64,000 bases of DNA from Chrysomallon squamiferum (Eukaryota > Animalia > Mollusca), in assembly GCA_012295275.1 (NCBI GenBank), contig CM022668.1, positions 930,001-994,000 of the forward strand, given 5' to 3'. Position 1 is the stretch's first letter, and each line of letters opens with the position of its first letter. Both the position numbers and the translations under genes were made by a program. Below, piece by piece: positions 13,801-25,700 of the stretch. Below the pieces are notes generated by a model that did no database searches, had not been told where the DNA came from, and saw nothing but the letters and a program-made list of their open reading frames with translations.

Positions 13801-14930
13801 CAGGTTGAGACTGACATGCGTTGGGTTACCAAGAAAGGAAACTAGGCAGGTATAAACACACTGATACAGATTCTCTTCTCTTCGTTTAACATGTCTGAGA
13901 TAATCTGTAAACAGCAGTGATCTTTTTTAAATGTAAACTCAAATGAGGTAAGCACATTTATAATTATTTACTGATATTAGGTACCAGCACCCAAAAATTA
14001 ATCTTGGAACAGTATCATTTCTATTTTTTCTGTTTGTTTTTCTTCATATATTATAAATCTTTTTACAAAAAGAAAACCACAAACAAATTACGTTTCTATC
14101 TTTATTCCAACAAAATTTATGGGTAGTAACATTCTCCAGTTTTTTGGTTAAAAAAATAATATTAAAAAACACCAAAACTGGCTTTTAAATCCAACTATTA
14201 ACAGAGTACTTTAAAATACAGCAAAAGCTTGATTATAATTCATTTTTATAATTCTTGCTTCATTTTGTTGAGAATGAAACAAGATGTTACAGAACATAGT
14301 TGAAAACACAAACAAGGTAGGGTAGGTTTTCTTTGGGTGAGGTCAAATGCAAGGAAAGATGCATGCAACTGTTTGATGTTATCATCTGATAACTTATAAC
14401 ATGTGCCAATTTATCACGTCTTGCAAGAAAGAAAAAAAAGCAGCACTTTATTCATTTCATTCACCTTGATTTTTTTTTTTTTTTAATCAGTATATAGCTT
14501 TCATGAAATTATAACAATTATTCACCAGAAAAAACTGAAATGTAGGCCAAAAACAAGCTAATGTAGAACTCATTCTGATTAAAATACTCAACACAACAAT
14601 CACAATATGAATAATAATAATAAATAAATATAAATATATATATATATACACTCACACATGTGTGTTTAAAACCTTCTAGCTAACCCCTCGAGATATAATA
14701 TATGTATATAATATAAATAACAGAGGGTAGAAACAAAACCATATGTATTTTCCAATGCTTAAATTACATGAGTCTTACAAAATAACAAAAATCTTCACTT
14801 TCAAACAAAAACAAACTATGCACTGGAAATGAAAATGTTATTTATTTTTGTGGTACACATTCCATTCTCTTTAAACAAAGTGTATTTGTGTAGAGCCAGT
14901 AAAGAAGATAATAGATAGATGGATAGATAG

Positions 14931-15001
<71 letters not shown>

Positions 15002-16737
15002 AACAACAGACAGACAGGCTGATAGATAGATTGATAGAAAGACACCATGACAGATAGATGGATTTGTTTAATCAACTATATTAATTACTGACATTAATAA
15101 TGTGTTGGTTAGAGAAACAGAGTGCCAAAGCCCTGGACATATGTGCTTCAACCTTTTAACAAATGTAAACACATTTCAAGTGATTAGCTGTATATTATAA
15201 GTTGTGGCAAATTCAATAGAACTTACATAAATTACAAAGTTAAAAACAGTATGTATACATCCCACACTGGAAATAACTTGATGTATCATAGAATAAAAAT
15301 GTTGGTGTGGCATGGTTCCAAGCAAACGAGACTTTGTGAAACAGACTATAGATAATATGAAAGAGTAGGAGAGATACATTCTTGGCAGGTATGGTAGCAG
15401 CATAACTGTAAGTGTGAGTCTGCAGGCAGGTCAGCCTGCCAAACTCTCAGCAGAACTCAGCTGGTAAACAGTCAGTCAGGCTGTAAGCTAAGGTACTGTC
15501 AGAAGACAGGCAGGGTGCAAAGTTACTTTCAGCTGAATGTAAGTTAAAACTGTTTCAATTGTTTTGTCATATCAGTATATTGTCAATTTTACTGTAAATA
15601 TGGCTATTGGTTTGAAAAATTATTTTTGCTGAAGATTTCTGTTATATATAAATTTTATAATGTATTGGATAAATGTAATGTCAATTTTGTTTCCTTAAGG
15701 TACAAACAAAAACTTGAATTTTTGCTTTATTGAAACAGTGTGAATTATATTTTATAAATCCATGCATCTTTGTACTTGACTTAATCACATAATTTATTTC
15801 CAGTGTATTAGTATATTGCTTTTACTACAAGAAATCAAAATTAAATAGAAAAAGTTTATACATATAATATTCAAAACGAATTTGTTTTTGTGTGGTATTC
15901 AATTGATAAAGTATTTTGATTTCTCCAAATTAAACGTTATTCCTTTAAAACATATTGTGCTGATTATATGCAATAAACAGTAATAATTATAATTAAATAA
16001 TAATAGTAATAAGAAATAGTAATAATAGCAATAACTACATTAATAATAATAATAATAATAAAATAAAGTATACTGAAAATACCTCCACCAGGTTAATCTT
16101 GTCTGTGTATTTAGCTGCATGTTGATTCAGTCTATGTATTGCTAACAGTGGTTCTATGAATAACATCTGTCAGAGTTGCTAAGAATACCCACTGATACAT
16201 CAGCCAAGATAAACTGCCTGGCTAACTGTAGTTTTTATTTTTGTACAGAAATGTGTTTTGATGAACTAAGAGATAAACATTCTTATAAAAAGAATACTAA
16301 ATTATTATTCTGATAAACTTGTTTTTACATATATATTTTCACATACAAACCAAATATCTCATTTCTCCTTCACACTGCCATACATAAAATTAAAAACAGC
16401 TAATAGGTGTACAGAGGGTGCATTCTAAGTAACAACAAGAAATTCTACAAATGTCTTACAGACTGAGTCTTTTATCCAACATTGTGATGTATTACAATTT
16501 TCTGACAGATGTAGTTTTCACAAACTTATTTCAAATAAATATTCCTTAGTAAAAGAAATCAAAATATTTGGAAAGAGTTTATACATAAAATACTGCTAAT
16601 ACTCCAGAAATTGAAACATTTCCAGTCACAGCCATTTTAGATAAGAGATCCTCAACCTGCGCATATAATTAGTTCATAAAGACAAACTGGGCAAATTATC
16701 AAAGTTTATGTGCATCAGCAAAGTAGAATTTTTTCAT

Positions 16738-16782
<45 letters not shown>

Positions 16783-19700
16783 TTTTTTCTTCTGATTTAT
16801 TCTGGTAAAAAAAGAAGAAAAAAAAAAGTAATATTGTCATAGTAAGCTATTCATCTGACATATCCATCCATCCATCCATCCTTCTATAAACTCCAAGCTC
16901 CTGTAAAATATTCATTGTCCATTTTCTGTCTTTCATTTTATCATGTCACTCCATAAACCCTACAGTTTATATTGTGTTTATATCCTTCCATATATTTAGA
17001 TGTTAATGGTTTGTTTTATTTGTTTGAACAGAGGGTACCACAGCTAAACTTGACTGTGTGGTTGGAGGAAACCCTCTTCCCACTGTAGTTTGGCTAAGAA
17101 ATAACCAGCCAGTGGAAGACAGTGAACACTGCAAATCCTTCACAGAGCCACCAGACGTCTGTGTTCTGCAGATTCTCAAGGTCAAAGCCAAGGACAGTGG
17201 CCAGTACACAGCCAAAGCCACCAATGTGAATGGATCTGTTCTCAGTACAACTGACCTCGTTGTTATTGAAGGTAATTTGAGGCATTTTTACTAACATGTT
17301 TTTATTTATCTTGTTTATACATATCAGGATAATGTGAGATGGGAATCTCAATTCAAAGTCTGTCAGTATTTTAACTTGGTATACAAGGGTTAAACCATGT
17401 TTTATAAGCAAGAACAGCTGATGAATGAAAGGCAGATCAGTGCTTCATAGGGTTAAAGCTAGGCTAGAAAAATAGATAGAAGTAACTTCTCCTTCTTGAA
17501 AAATAAGGCAAAATGAAGAACTTTAGAAAGAAATGAAGTTTTGTGAAGAAAAAATGAAGTAAGAAAACATAAAATTAAACATCTACATCAGTAATTCTCT
17601 ATTATAAATATACCAGTATTCTATATTAACAGGCATCAGCATTCTCTCTCTAATAAAACAACACCTTTAACCAAAAATGTATAACAGACTGACACCATAA
17701 GCAGTAAACTGATGTTTGTTTACAATTACTTGCAGCCTGCTTTCTTAACTCTCAGACACCTACTTATATATGTTAGTAAACTGTTGTGTTTCTGTATATG
17801 TAATTTTGTTCAATCATTTATCATGTCCACTTTATTTGATTTATTATGTGTGCAAGTTTAAAAGAACTTGTTTATTGTGAACCTCTGATCACAATAAAAA
17901 ACAGTGCATAGGCAGTTAGTGATAGGCAGCCATATCAACAGTACTCTGTTTCAAAGTCTGCATCAGTTAATGAATGGCATAAGAAGGAGATTTGTGTTTA
18001 TTGCATTTAGTCTTGCAGAGAAGCAAAGTAGGCTTATTAATGATTTTTACAGTTTCTTTATGGTTGAAAGTGATGAAACTGGAAACTTCAGCAGCATTAT
18101 TTTTACATTATTTTTGTATGCTATTTATTTATTCAGTTCTTTATGTTAATAAGTAACAGATACAGAAATAAAATAAAATATTCAGTTTTTCCCCAGTTAT
18201 TTATTACTATTATAATTTGATGGAAATAACTGAAGTCCACTGGCTGATCATGAAATATGGCCATGTGATAATTGGACAAAACAGACACAAAATATACTGA
18301 TACTTCCATGTGATATTTGTTTTTAAAAAAGAAAAGAAAAAGAAAGAAATAAAGATGACTTACCCTGGGTTAAAACTAATCTGAAATTTAATACAAATGG
18401 ACAGTTATTTTGCCCATGTCACCCTCTCATGATAAAATGATGAGTTTAGTCATAAATAAATTGTTTGTGGAAGTTATTCAGTGGAAATATTTACAAAAAT
18501 AACACATTATTGTTGAAATATGACACACAAATCCAATGAAGATAATTTATTAACTTATATAGATGTATCACTAGAAGTGTTAAATTATAACTAGTAGACA
18601 GAGATAATATGGTCAATGTTGGACTGATGCATGACAGACTACTAATAAGTGTTCTTTTCCATTCTAACCACTGCAGTTCAACTAGTTTAGAAAAACTGTG
18701 GTATATGCTTTCTCAGTATAGGAAAACTACTTGCTACTAGTCAGTAAGAATAGCCCAAGAAACAATAGCAATATCTTTCTCATCTTGTATTACGTGCAAG
18801 AAGCTTATATATATGATGATTATTTAAATTAAAGTGTGTTGAGGCCATTAAATATTGTTTTATTATTTACACAATTAAATAAAAAAGGAATGAAAAATAG
18901 AAAGATCAGAGTTAGTTGTTTATTTCTCATCACTAATTCTTGATTATAAAATAGAATTTCTTCCTTGTTAAATGAATATGAGCAGTATCTGTGAGCTTAT
19001 CTTTAACAGAAGCTTCTAGGTAGAACTAAATTTAGAACAGACAAAATTAGAACAAAGCCTGTGACCAGCAAGCTCAGAATTCCTGAAGGAAAAAAAATAC
19101 ATTCTACTCTGGTGATATAAACCTCAATTTTTATCTCATTGCTTATACGTTTTCCTCTTCTAAATGATATGATGTTGAGGTGAACTTGAACACTGATAAT
19201 AAAACTGGATATATAGGATTTCAAAAATGTTGGCTTTCATCACTGGATGGAATAACTTTCTTGATAAAGAAAATACAGTATTGGTCTGTGAAAAAAAGAA
19301 GAAATTAGGGCCTGTTTGATTCCCACCTGAATCCATGCTTATTGTAATAATGTAATCTAATAAAATAATATTTATATCAGACAAAAAATAAAAATAATAT
19401 TTTCATATTTTGAGAATAGAAATACCAAAAGTATCCTAAAGAACATCTATGTTTTATGGTATGCATAAATTATTATAAATTATATGTAATTAGTAAGTTG
19501 AGACTGTCTTCTGTATTCTGAAATCATATTAATCAGATCTTAATATAAGCTGATATTATTCACTTGATTTAATCCTTTCCGATTTTCTTATTATAATCAT
19601 AGTATTTGTTAGCTGGAATTCAGTATCAAGTTAATTATCATGGAATACATATATCCTGTCAAAATACATATTTGAATTTGTCTTACAACTGTATGATAAA

Positions 19701-22700
19701 ACGGATGTCTGTCAAGTGATTTTTGTTTGAAAATGTCAGTTTTCGTTATGAAATGAGCCAGGCCTAACAAGGAATTTCTGGATCAGAATATAAACTGCAT
19801 TATTCACAGTGCAGGAAGTAACACATATTTTAAAAGATTTTGAAGTGATGGGGAAAGGTAAATAACTGCTGTTCGAAGCAGGCATGTCTCTCATAACTCA
19901 CTGGATGTAAATACAGATTGAGCATCCTTTATTTGAAATGATTAGGACTAGAAGGTTTTAGAGTTTTGAAAATAAGGAGAATAAATAGGATCTAAGTCTA
20001 AATACAAATTCCATTTATATATTTTATATAGTTTACACAAATATTCTGAAGGATCTTTTATACAAATTTAAATTTTTTTATCCATAAAGTAAAGTACTGG
20101 TTTTAACTAACATGTCAGCCTTTCTGTTACATATGCACATCTTAGATGTTTCTATCTTGTTTATTCACTGAGGAGCTGAAAGGATTAAAGTGTTTCATGG
20201 AACTTTTTTGTTTATTGCTAAATGATGTGTGAAAGGATTTGTGGTTATTATGATAAATATGTGTGTCAGTCTATATTTTAGTTCATATTTCAGTTTCAGT
20301 TCCATGTTCATTTTGTTCAATTTGTCTTTTTGTAATATATTTTAAATTTTTTTTATCTTTCACTTCTGTTTTATATTTTCAGAATTAGGTGATCATACTA
20401 GACATATTGAATCACAAGGTGATACTGAAGAAGCACTAGATACAGAGCAAGTGCAAATCAAAGAACCTGACCAAGTCAGAGAACCTGTACTTGTACCTGA
20501 GCCAGCTTTATCTGAATCTGCTAAGGAAAGTGCTCCTGGACCAGCTAAAGAACCCGAGCCTGACAAGGAGACTGCACTTAATCTAGATAAAGAATTAGAG
20601 CCAGTTAATGAACCTACTACACCTGAATTAGTAAAAGATTCAGAGCCATCTAAAGAACTTACACCTGAACCTGCTAAGCAACCTGAATCAGAACCAGTAT
20701 TAGCTAAGGAAGCTTTAACTGAATCTCCTAAGGAACCAACTCCAGAACCAGTAAAAGATCCTGAACCTGTTAACAAGACAGTTACTGAATCAGCTAAAGA
20801 ATATCTGTTGTCCAAGAAACCTACACCTGATCCTGCTAAGGAATCTGAATCAGAACTAACTAAGGAATCTCTAATTGAAGCTACTAATGAACCTGTACCT
20901 GTACCAGCAAAAGAACCAGAGCAAACCAAGAAACCTATAGCTGAACTAGTAAAAAAACCTGAGTCTGATAAAGAACCTACACCTGAACCAGTTAATGAAT
21001 CACAGCCATCCAATGAACCTATACATGACATTGTTAAAGAGCTTGAAACAGAACTAGCTAAAGAACCAGAGGCCTATAAGGAACCTACACCTGAATCAGT
21101 TGAAGAACTAGCTCCTGCTAAGGAACCTACATCTGAACCAGAGACATCCAAGGAACCTACATCTGAGCCTGCTAAAGAATCTGAAACAGAACAAACTAAA
21201 GAACCAGAGCCATGTAAGGAACCTACACCTGAACCAGTTAAAGAACCAGCATCAGCTAAGGAACCCACACCTGAACAAGTTAAAAAACCAGCATCTGCTA
21301 AGGAACCCACACCTGAACCAGTTAAAGAACCAGAATCTGCTAAGGAACCCACACCTGAACCAGTTAAAGAACCAGCATCTAAGGAACCCACACCTGAAAC
21401 AGTTAAAGAACCAGCACCTGCTAAGGAACCCACACCTGAACCAGTTAAAGAACCAGCATCTAAGGAACCCACACCTGAACCAGTTAAAGAACCAGCACCT
21501 GCTAAGGAACCCACACCTGAACCAGTTAAAGAACCAGCATCTAAGGAACCCACACCTGAACCAGTTAAAGAACCAGCACCTGCTAAGGAACCCACACCTG
21601 AACCAGTTAAAGAACCAGCATCTGCTAAGGAACCCACACCTGAACCAGTTAAAGAACCAGCATCTGCTGAGGAACCCACACCTGAACCAGTTAAAGAACC
21701 AGCATCTGCTGAGGAACCCACACCTGAACCAGTTAAAGAACCAGCATCTGCTGAGGAACCCACACCTGAACCAGTTAAAGAACCAGCATCTGCTGAGGAA
21801 CCCACACCTGAACCAGTTAAAGAACCAGCATCTGCTGAGGAACCCACACCTGAACCAGTTAAAGAACCAGCATCTGCTGAGGAACCCACACCTGAACCAG
21901 TTAAAGAACCAGCATCTGCTGAGGAACCCACACCTGAACCAGTTAAAGAACCAGCATCTGCTGAGGAACCCACACCTGAACCAGTTAAAGAACCAGCACC
22001 TGCTAAGGAACCCACACCTGAACCAGTTAAAGAACCAGCATCTGCTAAGGAACCCACACCTGAACCAGTTAAAGAACCAGCATCTGCTAAGGAACCCACA
22101 CCTGAACCAGTTAAAGAACCAGCACCTGCTAAGGAACCTACACCTGAATCAGTTAAAAAAGCCGAGCCCACTAAGGAAGACAGACTTGAAACAGTTAAAG
22201 AAATAGAACTAGTTAATGAATCTTCATCATCTGAACAAGTAGAGGAACCGTGCCCAGCAAAGGAATCCACACCTGAGCCAGCTGAGGCACTTACACCTGA
22301 ATCAGTCAACAAACCATCTCAGGAACCTGTACTTGAATCAGTTAAAGAACCTGAGGATACATCTGAAACAGTAAAGGAATCTACTCCTGAACCAATCAAA
22401 CAACAAGTTAAGGAACTTGTAACTGAAATAGATAAAGAAACTACATCTGAAGCTGAATGTTCTAAAGTATCTCAACCAGTTAAGAAACATATACTTGAAG
22501 TTACTCAAAATGGAGAAACTGAAATAAGTAATGAAATTTCAATTAAGGATTATCAGTGGATAGAAAACAATCTAGATTTCAAAGAAAGAAAATCAAAAGA
22601 AGTTAGTTTAGAAGAAGGCAAAGCTCCAGTAGTATTTAAAAAAATGGATGATTGTCGAGTACAGATTGGGAGCCTTGCTCGATTTGACTGCCGAGTTTGT

Positions 22701-25700
22701 GCCTATCCTGACCCAGAAATTACCTGGTGAGTTGTGTTTCTGAAATACATCTTTGTTAGTTTATAGAAATAGTATTTCTGTGTGTATCAAAACAAGAGAC
22801 ACTTTATTCAAAAACTGTCATTGTTACAAATTGGAATTTTGATCAGAATATTTTATTACATAATGTAACAAAGTTTTTACTTATGCAAGTTTTTATGGTG
22901 ATTATGATGGTTTGAAGTGTACTGACTACCAAAAAAAATTTAAAGTGATAATTTTAGAGAAAGAATTTCATTTTAACTATTTTTAGAAAATATTTTATGA
23001 ATTTAAGAGCTTTTTTTTTTTTGCTCCTAAGACATGTAAGAAACAATTTATTGGTGATGTTTTTAAATAGCATTTATTAACACCAATATTATATTGATAT
23101 CAATCAAGAAGAAAAAAAAAAAATCACAAATGAAAAGTTTTCTGTACTTTTGACCTCACATATATAATATGTTTCAGTCCCATTTCTCCTGATTTTTTTT
23201 CCCGATAGCTGACATATTTTGGCAAAATACTTTTGCCATATTTTTCACTGATATCACCTGTATTTTCACTGAAGACAGTTAGTTGAAAATTGATGAAATG
23301 CACTTTCAAAGACATCTGGCATCCAATCATTTTATAAATTTATTTTTATTATTTTATTATTATTAATTTTTTTTTTTATCAACTTTTTCATCAAATCTTC
23401 ATAATTCCCTCTTTTCTTATTCCCAAGGATATTTTCAACCACTTCTCCTTGATGACATTTTTATTTCTTCCAATTCTTCTGACTAAAGCACCTTATGAAC
23501 ATCCAGGCCCATGTCAATGCAACCTTTGAAGAATTGCTTTTAACAGACTGTTTTAAATGTAGTGATTTAAGAATTTCACTGATTGTATTAAGGATTCTCA
23601 TTCTTTGTTCCTTGTCTAAATTGTTCTCTTCAGCACCAATGTCTTTTGTTATATTGTTGACATGTTGCGACAAACAAAGCAAGAATTTTCTTATAGCTTC
23701 TTTGGAATCGTTTTAAGAAGCTAATTGATTTGAAATCACAATCATTCCATTTTTACCAGTTTGGTCTATAACTTATAGAAGACATGTTACACTATCATAG
23801 TTTTCTTTTTTATGCACAAAGCGGCAAGTTGATATCAATATGTTACAGAAAACCTTTTAAACTTCAGGAGGAACTGTCTATGAACAGATGCCAAATAAAA
23901 TTCTGAGAACCTTTCATATCTGTTGTTCGACAGTGGTTTGTCCAAAAGATTCCACTCCATCAGTATTGATATTAGAAGCTTTGCCTTAGATGTAATCATC
24001 CTGAAATCTTGAATCAAATCATTCAGTTCCAGCTGGTTTGCAAAGTGTAGTTGTTAGACATGTGCTACAAACTATATGTGGAACCCATGATTTGTCTTAA
24101 TCCCCTTTCTTCATGCCAGAGTTTAAGTCATATGCATAAATGCAAATTACATAGATACTTGATTCCTTGCTTTACCTGACATGGGCCAATGTAGAATCTA
24201 CAAATTTAACAAAATGAATCACCAGAATGTAAACAGCTTCATGATGATGACTTTGGTGCACCTGAAAAATATATATATATATGAAAACTCCACTAGAAGT
24301 TTCTAAATGGTACTTGAATTTTTTGTGCTTGGAATTTGGAGAAAGTGGAATATTTCTGAAACCTGACCAGTCATAAAAATTATGGCCAAATGTACTTATA
24401 ATCTAACAAAATGAATGGAAAATGCAAAACATATCAACAATAAAATAGAATATTAATAGAATATTAGCCAAATCATCATATCAGTAAATATATGAAATGA
24501 CACCACAAAATAAGAATTATACCTCAGCATTCTCATGTGTGTTTATATTATTTTATGTTTTACAGTTTGCATCCAAATTATGTTTTCTTTTTATGCCTGA
24601 AGAAACAATGAGCTATGTGCATAAATAGCATAAAAACATTAATATCTCTGAAAGTATTTTACAATTTGTTTTATGGCAATAGTGACTAAAATATTTATTT
24701 ATTATGTATTAAATTTTTTTTTTTTTTTCATAAGTTGTGCATTTGACTTTCCTGAATTGTCATTGTTTCTTAAATGCTACTTTGGATGCACATGGTGTAC
24801 GTTATCTTAGTTATTCTAGAGAAAGCAAATTATATAATATTTGTTATACATTTCTTAGAGGCATGATAACAGAGTGGCTTGTGTTTCAGGGAGAAGGATG
24901 GGAAAATAGTGAAACCAAATGAACACTTTGAGCTTATTAACACGAATGATGATATTTTCTCACTGCTAATCAAGTCAGTACAGGAAGATGACAGTGGAAG
25001 ATATACCTGTAGAGCAAAGAATCAGTTTGGAGAGGCATGTACAGAGGCCTTACTTAATGTCATTGGTGAGTTTAATACATTTTTAATAAAAGAAAATGAG
25101 TGAATGAATGAGAGATAAAGGATGAGTAAAAATATCAGTGAATGAGTGAGTGTTTTATAACATTTTTCATAAAATGCCTGTCCTAAGACACATGTTTAGA
25201 TAAAGGGATATATGTATGGTACTTCTGGTAAATAACGGCTTATACTGCTATGGATTCTAGGAATAAATTAGGAAATTGGGAGGAGGAAACTGTAATCACA
25301 GATGCTATTAAGCCAGTAAACATAATTTAAGTTGTACTGAAATTATTCTTTTGTTATTGTTTATCTGACAGCTCCTAAAGATGTAACAGACACAGGTGAT
25401 ATGGCTCCATCCTTTGTTACAAAGTTCTATGATGTCGAGTGTACAGAAGGGGTACCTGTTGAATTCACCTGTGTTATTGCTGGAAAACCTGAACCTTCAG
25501 TCACCTGGCTTCACAAAGGGAAAGAAATCAAAATATCATACGATGTGACAACACGACGCAAAGAAAATCAGTGTCTCCTGGCATTCAGAATGATCCAAAT
25601 GGCAGACTCAGGTGACATTACCTGTGTGCTGAAGAACCCTCTTGGAGAAGCCAAATGGAAAGCAAATCTTACAGTTAAGGAAGACATTTTGAAACTGGGA

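Noticed and set aside
21074-22312. 412-aa minus-strand Gly/Ser-rich silk-like ORF (and the 212-aa ORF at 20393-21031)
   Set aside because: Antisense shadow of the PEVK repeat. The + strand frame has proper splice sites and runs into an Ig domain.
22600-22620. In-frame internal acceptor (tttag|AA at 22611) that would skip the PEVK region
   Set aside because: The upstream sequence is purine-rich with no pyrimidine tract. Unsupported without transcript data.
24176-24261. Minus-strand exon-like segment suggesting a nested gene
   Set aside because: It lies directly upstream of the transposase relic and is better explained as part of that element. No recognisable product.
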